A program made the position numbers and the translations under genes. The notes below the pieces were generated by a model. It was given only the letters and a program-made list of their open reading frames with translations, searched no databases and was not told the DNA's origin. From IMG/VR virus record IMGVR_UViG_3300025896_000023: a DNA stretch of 64,000 nucleotides. One strand, given 5' to 3'. Below, one piece after another: positions 19,599 to 28,419 of this stretch (its first letter is position 1; each line of letters opens with the position of its first letter). This DNA comes from a virus (taxonomy: Duplodnaviria > Heunggongvirae > Uroviricota > Caudoviricetes).

Positions 19599-20084
19599 AT
19601 GAAAGTAACAGATAAACATGTATTTTTCTGGAATGGAATTTACTCACAATGGCATAAAGCACCAATGACAATTGACAAGATTGAATATAATTCTTGTGAA
19701 CAATACATGATGCATCAAAAGGCATTATTATTTGGAGATGAAGATATTGCAGAGCAAATTATGCAAGAAACGAATCCAAGAGAACAAAAGAAATTTGGCA
19801 GAATGATTAGAAACTTTGATAAAACTATTTGGGATAAAAATTGTTTGGCAATTGTTTATGAAGGAAACTTGGCAAAATTCAGACAAAATGCTGGATTAAG
19901 AGAAGAAATGTTAAATACTGGCGATCGTATCTTTGTAGAGGCTTCTCCATTAGATAATATTTGGGGTATTGGACTTGATGAAAATGCCGAAGGAATTGAT
20001 GATCCATCATATTGGTTAGGTTTAAATCTTTTAGGACAAGCATTAACTCTTGTAAAAAATCAAATTAAATCTGAAATAAGATGA
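19599..20084 (+). CDS. NADAR (YbiA-like) domain protein
   Basis: FFWNGIYSQWH...CEQYMMHQKALLFGD...NIWGIGLD signature. Confidence 0.65.
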   Translation: MKVTDKHVFFWNGIYSQWHKAPMTIDKIEYNSCEQYMMHQKALLFGDEDIAEQIMQETNPREQKKFGRMIRNFDKTIWDKNCLAIVYEGNLAKFRQNAGLREEMLNTGDRIFVEASPLDNIWGIGLDENAEGIDDPSYWLGLNLLGQALTLVKNQIKSEIR

Positions 20085-20365
20085 GACAATCAGGTAAAAC
20101 TACAAGATTAGTGGATGCTGCAGTTCAATATTTATTTGAACACGGATCTATTAGAATCTTAACAAACTCTGAAGTATTTGATAGAAATTCACTGAGAGGT
20201 TATAGACCAGAACAAGTCGATATGCTTTTAAAATTTATCGATCCAGATACTAGGCCAGATAATAGAGCACAACAGTATTTTATTGAAGCATTAGATAGAA
20301 GACTTGCAACCGAACATGGAGGAAGCACTGAAAGAATTAGTGCAACAGAATTTAAAGTAATTTAA
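20081..20365 (+). CDS. hypothetical protein
   Basis: 94 aa; 4-nt overlap. Confidence 0.4.
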   Translation: MRQSGKTTRLVDAAVQYLFEHGSIRILTNSEVFDRNSLRGYRPEQVDMLLKFIDPDTRPDNRAQQYFIEALDRRLATEHGGSTERISATEFKVI

Positions 20366-20517
20366 TATGAAAAGATTAGTAGAATTATTAGCACCATCGT
20401 ATTTAGGATTTGCTCTAGCCGCATTTGCGCATATCACATGGTATCAATGGGAATTTTATGCAATTATAGTTCCATTTTATATTTTAGTAAAAATAACGGA
20501 TTTTAATAAAGACGAAG

Positions 20518-21096
20518 ATGAGTAGAACAGAATTTCACACAGGAAAATTATATCCAGTCAAAATTGAAAATAGTCTGGAAGAAACTTGCAGAAGTATTGC
20601 AAAACGACATGATGTTGAACTAAGTGAAGATTGGCAAGAAGACTTTAGGGATGCTTTTGATGAGTATGCTACTAAGATAATAAGCCAACCCGAGGAGTAT
20701 TTTATTCATGGAGAAAATCTTTATAGAGTTATTGACCATATCGAATCAGACGATGATGAGTCCTTTATGAAACTTAGGCATAATGGAGATGGTAGTATTT
20801 CCTTTATTGGTCAATTCTATAATGGAGGTACATGTTTTTCCGAAATTTTAGAAGAATCATTAAATGATTTAAAACCAAGTTATCAAGTTCAGATTAAAGA
20901 AGCAGTTGACCATATTGTTGAAGTCCATGGAGTTGAACAACCTTTTACAATTCCAGGCGCTGGTAAATTAATCAAGGAATATATGAGCCTTGAAAAGGCT
21001 ATTGAATTATTTGAAGGTGCCAAGAATGAAGCTGCCGGAAATGCATTTAGATCTTCAGCGTATGAGGCAACACTAGAAACAATCTTAAAAGTATGA
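20518..21096 (+). CDS. hypothetical protein
   Basis: 192 aa acidic protein. Confidence 0.4.
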   Translation: MSRTEFHTGKLYPVKIENSLEETCRSIAKRHDVELSEDWQEDFRDAFDEYATKIISQPEEYFIHGENLYRVIDHIESDDDESFMKLRHNGDGSISFIGQFYNGGTCFSEILEESLNDLKPSYQVQIKEAVDHIVEVHGVEQPFTIPGAGKLIKEYMSLEKAIELFEGAKNEAAGNAFRSSAYEATLETILKV

Positions 21097-21274
21097 ACAA
21101 ATATAGAGTAGAATGTAGAATAGGTTCAAGCTGTACGATTAGAACAATTGAATGCAGAGAAATGACAATTAATGAAGGTTCATATTGTTTTTGGACCGGA
21201 GAATATGGAAAGACTAATAAATTAGTTTATGCATTTCCAATAATGAATTCCATAGTAGAAGGTATTCATGAAGA

Positions 21275-21356
21275 AAATTAACATAAAATTAACACTCGGG
21301 ATTTTCTAGTCTCGAGTTTTTTGTTTATATTTACATTATAATTAAAACAATAACAA
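21275..21356 (+). promoter_or_regulatory. class-B unit: AAAATTAACATAAAATTAACAC, terminator hairpin, TTTTTTGTTTATATTTACATTATAATTAAAACAA
   Basis: Upstream of Fpg/Nei-like gene. Confidence 0.45.
21295..21322 (+). terminator. rho-independent terminator
   Basis: CTCGGGA-TTTTCTAGT-CTCGAG then TTTTTTG. Confidence 0.5.
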
Positions 21357-22148
21357 ATGCCAGAATTAGCAGAACTTAGATTAACTTCAGAATATATTAA
21401 AACCGTTTCAAATGGTAGAGAATTTACACGAATAGAAAAAAGTCAAGCACATAAGGGTATTGAATTTTCAGCCCCATATCCTACATTTAAAATCAGTGCA
21501 AAAAGTAAAGGTAAGGAAATTGTTATGTATCTTTATCCGAATGAAGCAACACCAGTATATACTCCAATTCGAATGACAATGGGAATGTCAGGACATTTTC
21601 AACTCACCGAAACTGGTAAAGAAGCAAAGCATGCACATCTTAAATTTTATAGTACAGATGGTTATACATTGAGTTTTGTAGATGTAAGAAGATTTGGTAA
21701 ATGGAAATTAGGAGAAGAATGGTCAAGCAATAGAGGACCAGATCCAACTTTAGAATTTCAAAACTTTGTTAGAAATGTTAAAGAAAATTTACATAAAAAA
21801 GATTTTGACAAACCTATTTGCGAGGTCTTAATGAATCAAAAATATTTCAATGGTATTGGTAATTATTTACGTGCCGAGATATTATATAGAGTAGATGTAA
21901 ATCCATTTATCAGTGCAAGAGAAGCCTTACAAGGTAATCCAGAAATATATCAACTATGTAAATGGGCACCAATGCAGGCCTATAAATTAGGAGGTGGCCA
22001 ATTAAAGGATTGGGAAAATCCATTTGGTAAAGAATCTGAGATGAAATCATGGTCGGAATTTATGAGATGCTATAACAATCCAAAAATGAATAAAGTAGTA
22101 GATACAAATAAAAGAACCTTTTGGTTCGATCCTAAATGGAACAAATAA
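21357..22148 (+). CDS. Fpg/Nei-family DNA glycosylase/AP lyase, apparently zincless
   Basis: N-terminal MPELAELRL (Pro2-Glu3); H2TH-like FNGIGNYLRAEILYRVDVNPF; no CxxC...CxxC at the C-terminus. Confidence 0.55.
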   Translation: MPELAELRLTSEYIKTVSNGREFTRIEKSQAHKGIEFSAPYPTFKISAKSKGKEIVMYLYPNEATPVYTPIRMTMGMSGHFQLTETGKEAKHAHLKFYSTDGYTLSFVDVRRFGKWKLGEEWSSNRGPDPTLEFQNFVRNVKENLHKKDFDKPICEVLMNQKYFNGIGNYLRAEILYRVDVNPFISAREALQGNPEIYQLCKWAPMQAYKLGGGQLKDWENPFGKESEMKSWSEFMRCYNNPKMNKVVDTNKRTFWFDPKWNK

Positions 22149-22158
22149 CTTTTAAATT

Positions 22159-22407
22159 ATGACAGATTTACAAAAATGGGAAGCAGTTAATCAATGCGAA
22201 ACTGCAAAAGAATTAGAAACCCTAATTCTAGAGAATTTTTCAGATGGTGAAGGAAAGATCCAAGGTCGATCTAGAAAGTTCGATACCGTTGAAATGCTAG
22301 TTGGTTTAACAATGTTTATGAAGAATCAAATGCACCCTAATATTCTTACTAGAGAGTTTGGTATTCGTCAACAGGCAATTTATTTGAAATCTGTTGAAAC
22401 AAATTAA
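22159..22407 (+). CDS. hypothetical protein
   Basis: 82 aa. Confidence 0.35.
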   Translation: MTDLQKWEAVNQCETAKELETLILENFSDGEGKIQGRSRKFDTVEMLVGLTMFMKNQMHPNILTREFGIRQQAIYLKSVETN

Positions 22408-22471
22408 GTAATACTTATATAATAACCATAACCAGCATCCAACTAACGAAGGTTGCACAATACCATATATT

Positions 22472-23272
22472 ATGAAAAACGATGCATTAGGCGATCGCAT
22501 GAAAGAGTTCTACGAAGATAGAACCAGAATCAAACTTCCAAGAAGAACTTACACAATTATTCGAATTGATGGTAAGGCATTCCACACTTACACTAAAGGA
22601 TTAACAAGACCATTTGATGAGGGTCTAATTGAAGACATGAATGCAACTACTGCATATTTATGTAAAAACATCCAAGGCGCTAAATTCGGTTATGTGCAAT
22701 CAGATGAGATTAGTTTAGTCTTAACAGACTTTGATGACTTAGGAACTCATGCTTGGTTCGACAACAACTTACAGAAAATGGTAAGTGTTGCTGCTTCTAT
22801 GGCAACTGCAGAATTCAATAAACTTAGGTTAATGCGATTCATGAAAGATAGCATGATCTTTTTAGAACCTGAAGATATTGGAAAATTCAAAATGGCTGAG
22901 TTCGACGCTAGAGCATTTCAAATTCCATTTATCGATGAGGTAGAAAACTATTTTATTTGGAGACAACAGGATGCTGTAAGAAATTCAATCTCTTCAGTTG
23001 CACAAAGTCTTTATAGTACTACAGAATTACATGGTAAAAAAACAAGTGATATGCAAGAATTGATCTTCCAGAAGGGAATTAACTGGAATGATTATGATTT
23101 TCGTTTGAAACGAGGCGCAATAATCGGAAAGGTAGAAGTTGTAACTACAACTAGCGATGTTAATTACACGAGAAATAAATGGCAAGTTATTGAAACTCCA
23201 ACATTTACTCAAGATAGATTTTTTATTAAAGGATTACTAAACACTAAAAAGAAAGAAAATGAATTGGTTTAA
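22472..23272 (+). CDS. Thg1-like 3'-5' nucleotidyltransferase (tRNA-His guanylyltransferase family)
   Basis: DRMKEFYED...LPRRTYTIIRIDGKAFHTYTKGLTRPFDEGL...YVQSDEISLVL matches Thg1 catalytic core blocks. Confidence 0.65.
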   Translation: MKNDALGDRMKEFYEDRTRIKLPRRTYTIIRIDGKAFHTYTKGLTRPFDEGLIEDMNATTAYLCKNIQGAKFGYVQSDEISLVLTDFDDLGTHAWFDNNLQKMVSVAASMATAEFNKLRLMRFMKDSMIFLEPEDIGKFKMAEFDARAFQIPFIDEVENYFIWRQQDAVRNSISSVAQSLYSTTELHGKKTSDMQELIFQKGINWNDYDFRLKRGAIIGKVEVVTTTSDVNYTRNKWQVIETPTFTQDRFFIKGLLNTKKKENELV

Positions 23273-23774
23273 AAGATTATTTGGAATTAAAGAAGTAGAA
23301 GTTCAACTCATGGAAAGAAAGGAAACCTATAATCCAATCAGTGGCACTTCTAAAACAAATGAGATAGATGGCCATGAAATTGCCAAACAAAGACTTATTA
23401 AGGAATTAAAAGGTTCTTTAGGAACAAAGGGTACTCCTGGAATAGGCGGAATACAATCTCAAGTAAATACTCAAACCAGAGTAATAGGTGCTAATGATTC
23501 TAATAATGACTACTTATCATTAATGGCAATTGCATCTATGGTAAATTCCAGTGATAATTCAAATACAATTGAAGAAACTACAGTCGGTACTGGATTCCAT
23601 GATGGAGGGTTTGGTGGTGGAGATTTCTCAGGTAGTGGTTCAGGAGGTTCATGGGAAGATAATAGCTCATCTAGCAATTCAAGTTCTTATGATTCTGGAA
23701 GCTCATATGATTCTAGTTCATCGAGTGATTCAAGTTCTTATGACTCAGGTTCATCTAGTTCCAGTGATTATTAG
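23259..23774 (+). CDS. protein with Ser/Gly/Asp low-complexity tail
   Basis: C-terminal SSYDSGSS repeats. Confidence 0.4.
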   Translation: MNWFKRLFGIKEVEVQLMERKETYNPISGTSKTNEIDGHEIAKQRLIKELKGSLGTKGTPGIGGIQSQVNTQTRVIGANDSNNDYLSLMAIASMVNSSDNSNTIEETTVGTGFHDGGFGGGDFSGSGSGGSWEDNSSSSNSSSYDSGSSYDSSSSSDSSSYDSGSSSSSDY

Positions 23775-23868
23775 AATTGTTAATAACTTTTTGAAAAGAA
23801 TTCACTAAAAGTTTTCAATATATCGAATATTATAGTTATATTTACATTATAATTAAAACAAACAAAAT
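23775..23868 (+). promoter_or_regulatory. full composite module copy
   Basis: AATTGTTAATAACTTTTTG ... GTTTTCAATAT ... TATATTTACATTATAATTAAAACAAACAAA. Confidence 0.55.
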
Positions 23869-24090
23869 ATGAAAACACTTTTAACAATTACAGTTCTAGG
23901 AATAGGATTATTATTTTTAGCAATCTATTATGAACAAGGAAGAGATCCTTATGAAGAAGGAATGCATTTGGATTATAAAATAGAAATAGTAAATGGCTTT
24001 GTATATAAGAGCCTAGATCGACATAGGGGAACAATACAAGTACTGAATTCCGATGGAACTCCATTGCGAGATGGTAAAAAAATATACTAA
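23869..24090 (+). CDS. small membrane protein
   Basis: 73 aa with one TM; follows a full promoter module. Confidence 0.4.
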   Translation: MKTLLTITVLGIGLLFLAIYYEQGRDPYEEGMHLDYKIEIVNGFVYKSLDRHRGTIQVLNSDGTPLRDGKKIY

Positions 24091-24122
24091 ATAATTCACA
24101 ATATAATTAAAAACAAACATAT

Positions 24123-25688
24123 ATGAACCCATTATTTTTAACAGACGGTTACAAAACAGGACATCACCAACAATATCCAAAAGGAACTACGTTGGTTTAT
24201 TCTAACTTCACTCCTCGTAGTAACAAGTATGCTCCTAAAGGTTGCGATCAATTAGTATCATTTGGTCAACAAATGGTAGTTAAACAAATTCACGAAGCAT
24301 TCGATAAAGATTTCTTTAGTAAACATAAAGACGAAGTTTGTGGAGAAATGAAACGCGAATTGTCAATGTACTTAAATACTGACTATGATGTTAGTCACTT
24401 TGAAGCTTTGCATGATTTAGGTTATTTGCCTATCATTGTTAAGTCAATTAAAGAAGGTAGTTTAGTACCAATGAGAGTTCCAGTATTGACAATTTACAAT
24501 ACACATCCAGATTTCTATTGGATTACAAACTATTTAGAAACAGTTATTTCTAACTTATTGTGGAAACCAATGACTTCTGCAACTATGGCGCATTCTTATC
24601 GTAAGTTATTTACTTCATGGCAAGAAAAAACCGATGCTGAAAAAGGTTGGTTCGTAGATTGGCAAGCACATGATTTCTCAATGAGAGGTTTAGATTCTAT
24701 TGATGCTACTATTAGTTCAGGTTTGGGTCACTTAACAAGTTTCTCAGGTTCAGACAGTTTACCAGCAATCTTTGGAGCAAGAAAATTCTATAATGAAACT
24801 GGATTTGTGTCCGGTTCGGTAAATGCAACTGAACATTCAGTTATGTGTGCTGGTAGTAAAGAAGATGAGGTTGGAACATTTAGAAACTTGATGGAAACAT
24901 ATCCAACTGGAATTCTTTCAATAGTCAGCGACACATGGGATCTTTGGAAAGTTTGTACCAGTCACTTAGTTATCTTAAAAGAAGAGATTTTAGCAAGAGA
25001 AGGTAAAGTAGTTATTAGACCTGACTCTGGAGATCCAGTCGATATTATTTGTGGATTAAATACACAACCAAAGGGTGTTAAAGGAACTAATGGACCTGGA
25101 CCAGAAGTTACTACAAATGCAGAATTGGACAAAGAACATCCTGCACAAAAAGGTGTTATTGAATTATTATGGGATGTATTTGGTGGAGAAATCAACGAAC
25201 AAGGTTATAAAGTATTAGATCCTCACATTGGAGCAATATATGGAGATTCAATCACATTAGACCGTGCTGAACAAATCTTTACAAGATTAGAAGCAAAGGG
25301 ATTCGCAAGTACAAACATAGTTTTAGGCGTAGGTTCATTTACATATCAATTTAACACAAGAGATACATTCGGGTTTGCAATGAAAGCCACTTATGTTGAA
25401 ATAAAAGAACATTTTAGAACAGTTAAAGACGAGAATGGTAATTATACACACTCTGAAGAAATCATTATAGGTCGTGAAATCTTCAAAGATCCAATCACCG
25501 ATGATGGTATTAAGAAATCTGCAAAAGGTTTATTAAGAGTTGTTGGAGATGAAACATGTATGTTATTAGAAGATCAATGTACATGGGACGATGAAGCTAC
25601 TGGTAAATTAAAGGTAATTTATAATAATGGTCAATTTGAAAACCAAACTACTTTGACAGAAATTCGTGAACGTTTAACAAATTCATAA
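24123..25688 (+). CDS. nicotinamide phosphoribosyltransferase (NAMPT/NadV) family; candidate nicotinamide ADP-ribose transferase
   Basis: MNPLFLTDGYKTGHHQQYP N-terminus and overall 521-aa NAMPT architecture. Confidence 0.8.
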   Translation: MNPLFLTDGYKTGHHQQYPKGTTLVYSNFTPRSNKYAPKGCDQLVSFGQQMVVKQIHEAFDKDFFSKHKDEVCGEMKRELSMYLNTDYDVSHFEALHDLGYLPIIVKSIKEGSLVPMRVPVLTIYNTHPDFYWITNYLETVISNLLWKPMTSATMAHSYRKLFTSWQEKTDAEKGWFVDWQAHDFSMRGLDSIDATISSGLGHLTSFSGSDSLPAIFGARKFYNETGFVSGSVNATEHSVMCAGSKEDEVGTFRNLMETYPTGILSIVSDTWDLWKVCTSHLVILKEEILAREGKVVIRPDSGDPVDIICGLNTQPKGVKGTNGPGPEVTTNAELDKEHPAQKGVIELLWDVFGGEINEQGYKVLDPHIGAIYGDSITLDRAEQIFTRLEAKGFASTNIVLGVGSFTYQFNTRDTFGFAMKATYVEIKEHFRTVKDENGNYTHSEEIIIGREIFKDPITDDGIKKSAKGLLRVVGDETCMLLEDQCTWDDEATGKLKVIYNNGQFENQTTLTEIRERLTNS

Positions 25689-25963
25689 TGAATAGACAAA
25701 ACTCACCAGTACCATTAATAATAGTAATTTTAGCTGCACTAGTAATCTTTATGGTTACTAGTTGCAAACCAGAAAATTATAAAGAACCTAATTATTCTAT
25801 TAATCAAGATAAATATGAACTAGATAGTAATTCACATTTTACCGATAAAGCTTATAAAATATATACATTAGAGGGTTGTGAATATATTGTAATAAGTACA
25901 GGTTCAGGTAAATGGGGTACACATAAAGGAAATTGTACAAATATAATTCATTCACTAAGATAA
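25688..25963 (+). CDS. small lipoprotein
   Basis: TM/signal then VTSCKP. Confidence 0.4.
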   Translation: MNRQNSPVPLIIVILAALVIFMVTSCKPENYKEPNYSINQDKYELDSNSHFTDKAYKIYTLEGCEYIVISTGSGKWGTHKGNCTNIIHSLR

Positions 25964-25964
25964 C

Positions 25965-26441
25965 ATGGAAGTAATTAAACCAGAACCAAGAAACACATTC
26001 TATTTAGATAAACATACAAAAATATTTTTAGCAGGTTCTATAGAAATGGGAAAGGCAGAAGATTGGCAATCCATGATTCCTACTATATTTGAAAATAGAC
26101 AAGAACTTGTTTTCTTTAATCCTCGCAGAGATGATTGGGATAGTTCATGGGAACAAAATGAATCAAATCCTCAGTTTAACTATCAAGTTAATTGGGAATT
26201 AGATCATCTTGATGAAGCTGACTTAATTTTCATGTACTTCTCACCAGAAACCAAGAGTCCAATTAGTTTATTAGAACTTGGATTATATGCAAATTCTGGC
26301 AAAATGATAGTATGTTGCCCCGATACTTTTTATCGTAAAGGTAATGTAGATATTGTATGTAGCAAGTTTAATGTTCCTGTTTATAATACAATAGGATCAG
26401 CAATTGGTAGATTAAGAACAGAATTAAAAGATATAAAATAA
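25965..26441 (+). CDS. nucleoside 2-deoxyribosyltransferase-like (Rcl/DNPH1-like fold) protein
   Basis: KIFLAGSIEMGKAEDWQ...FNPRRDDW...ADLIFMYF...LLELGLYANSGKMIVC pattern. Confidence 0.45.
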   Translation: MEVIKPEPRNTFYLDKHTKIFLAGSIEMGKAEDWQSMIPTIFENRQELVFFNPRRDDWDSSWEQNESNPQFNYQVNWELDHLDEADLIFMYFSPETKSPISLLELGLYANSGKMIVCCPDTFYRKGNVDIVCSKFNVPVYNTIGSAIGRLRTELKDIK

Positions 26442-26443
26442 GT

Positions 26444-26716
26444 ATGAAAGATAAATTAGGACTTATAAATTACGAAGGAGATTGCCTTAAAGTAATCAAA
26501 GGTTACAACACATTGATTGTTAAAGACCAATACGGAAAGGTAGCATTAGAAACAGATGTCAAAGGATTATATGATTTCATTGATGGTACATCAAATATTA
26601 TAGATAGCAAAGGAAAAGAATGGGATTTTTTGAAAGAACACAAAGATGCTAAACCATCTCTTTTTAAAATACATGAATTCCTTAAGGATTTTAATATTAA
26701 AATTTGCAAATGTTAA
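26444..26716 (+). CDS. hypothetical protein
   Basis: 90 aa. Confidence 0.35.
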   Translation: MKDKLGLINYEGDCLKVIKGYNTLIVKDQYGKVALETDVKGLYDFIDGTSNIIDSKGKEWDFLKEHKDAKPSLFKIHEFLKDFNIKICKC

Positions 26717-26757
26717 TATCTTTTAGAAATAAAGGTTAAAATACAAATAATTAAAAC

Positions 26758-27465
26758 ATGAAAATAACCCTAATTAGCGACACGCATACTAAACATTGGG
26801 AACTTGAAGGAGATCTTCCAGGAGGAGATGTATTGATTCATGCTGGAGATATTATGAATTCAGGCAGAAATATAGAAGATATTAAAGATTTCTGTAATTG
26901 GTTCGATAAACAAAACTACGATTCAAAGATTTTCATTGCTGGAAATCATGATAGAATGTTTGAGGATTATCCTGAAAAAGCAATGGAAATTGTTAATTCA
27001 TATAAAATGATAACATATCTACAGGATTCATGGATTAAACTAGGGAATGATGGACAGTTTAATGATGATACAATGGTTAAAATATATGGTAGTCCGTGGC
27101 AACCTGAATTTTACAGTTGGGCATTTAATTTACCAAAGGGTGGTCCTGGATTAATGTCAAAATGGGAAGCAATCCCAAAAGATACAGATATTTTAGTAAC
27201 GCATTGCCCACCACAAGATCATTTAGATACGAGTGGACCTCCATATAATGAAGGACATTTAGGTTGCGCTTTACTTAGAGAAAAGGTAGATGAACAACCA
27301 CCAAAGATAATGGTATTTGGACATATCCATGGAAGTTATGGATATAAATTTCATAATGGAACTCATTTCTTTAATGCATCTATTTTAGATGAAAGATATG
27401 ATTATGTTAACAAACCAGTTACATTTAATTGGAACCCTGAAACAAACGAAATAATATTTATATAA
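26758..27465 (+). CDS. calcineurin-like metallophosphoesterase
   Basis: LISDTH...GDVLIHAGDIM...AGNHD...THCPP...GHIHG motif series. Confidence 0.6.
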   Translation: MKITLISDTHTKHWELEGDLPGGDVLIHAGDIMNSGRNIEDIKDFCNWFDKQNYDSKIFIAGNHDRMFEDYPEKAMEIVNSYKMITYLQDSWIKLGNDGQFNDDTMVKIYGSPWQPEFYSWAFNLPKGGPGLMSKWEAIPKDTDILVTHCPPQDHLDTSGPPYNEGHLGCALLREKVDEQPPKIMVFGHIHGSYGYKFHNGTHFFNASILDERYDYVNKPVTFNWNPETNEIIFI

Positions 27466-27470
27466 TCATC

Positions 27471-28106
27471 ATGGAACCAGAAAAAGACATATTTGATCAG
27501 TGGGCTGAAGAACGTGAAAAAAAATCATGGATAGTAAGAAAGTTAGAATACATTCCAATTTGGTGGAATCATGATGGCAGATATCTACATAAAGAAATTA
27601 AGGTAGGAATCAAAAACATTTGGTATTGGTTGCCTATTATTTGGAAAGATCGTAATTGGGATTCTCATTATATCTTTGAAATCATGATTCATAAAATCAA
27701 AGCACAATCCAAATATATCGGAGAACGCGGTATGCATACACGATCCGAAAGGGATGCAGAAATTATGATGACATGTGTTCGTCTAATGAAATTAATTCAA
27801 GATGATTTTTATAGTTCTGAGTATTCAGATTATCATACAACAAAGCATTGGTTTGAAGACGTACCCGGAAAGGAAGGATATAGTTCATGGGAGTCTAAAT
27901 TAATGGAAGAAAACTTTGATGATTTCTTTAAAAAATATCCATTAATCTATAAAAGAGTTATCAAAGGGGAAGGACCATTTAATTTAGAAGGGCGCGACGA
28001 TGACAAACAAGTCATTGCAATGAATATTGGCCATATTAATCATAATAGAGCAAGTAAATTGTTATTTAACTTAATGGAAGAAAATATCCAACGATGGTGG
28101 GATTAA
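27471..28106 (+). CDS. hypothetical protein
   Basis: 211 aa. Confidence 0.4.
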   Translation: MEPEKDIFDQWAEEREKKSWIVRKLEYIPIWWNHDGRYLHKEIKVGIKNIWYWLPIIWKDRNWDSHYIFEIMIHKIKAQSKYIGERGMHTRSERDAEIMMTCVRLMKLIQDDFYSSEYSDYHTTKHWFEDVPGKEGYSSWESKLMEENFDDFFKKYPLIYKRVIKGEGPFNLEGRDDDKQVIAMNIGHINHNRASKLLFNLMEENIQRWWD

Positions 28107-28188
28107 ATTGTTAATAACTTTATAAAGATAAGTTTTTACAATTCAAATATTATAGTTATATTTACATTATAATTAAAACAACATATTA
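28105..28188 (+). promoter_or_regulatory. full composite module copy
   Basis: AATTGTTAATAACTTTATAAAG ... TTTTTACAATTCAAATATTATAGTTATATTTACAT. Confidence 0.55.
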
Positions 28189-28419
28189 ATGAAAGAAAAA
28201 TTTAAAGATTTCTACGAATACTTCCTTAAGTATTATTTATGGTTTTGCTTAGGGATAGTTACAATTAAAGCAATAGATCTTGCAAATTACTTAATGACAT
28301 ATCCAAACGATATAACATTTTTTGTAGGTTTATTTATTTACACAGTGTGTATCGGTGGTATAGGATACGCAATTTATTCAGTATTTAACAATTTAAAAGA
28401 AAAAAAAGATGAGAATTAA
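28189..28419 (+). CDS. small membrane protein
   Basis: 76 aa, two TM; overlaps the SPFH gene start. Confidence 0.4.
   Translation: MKEKFKDFYEYFLKYYLWFCLGIVTIKAIDLANYLMTYPNDITFFVGLFIYTVCIGGIGYAIYSVFNNLKEKKDEN

Noticed and set aside
23551-23808. Track ORF 23551..23808 (+), ending ...RIVNNFLKRIH
   Set aside because: It is an alternative frame of the Ser-rich gene 23259..23774. Its ending is just the conserved AATTGTTAATAACTTT regulatory block being translated.
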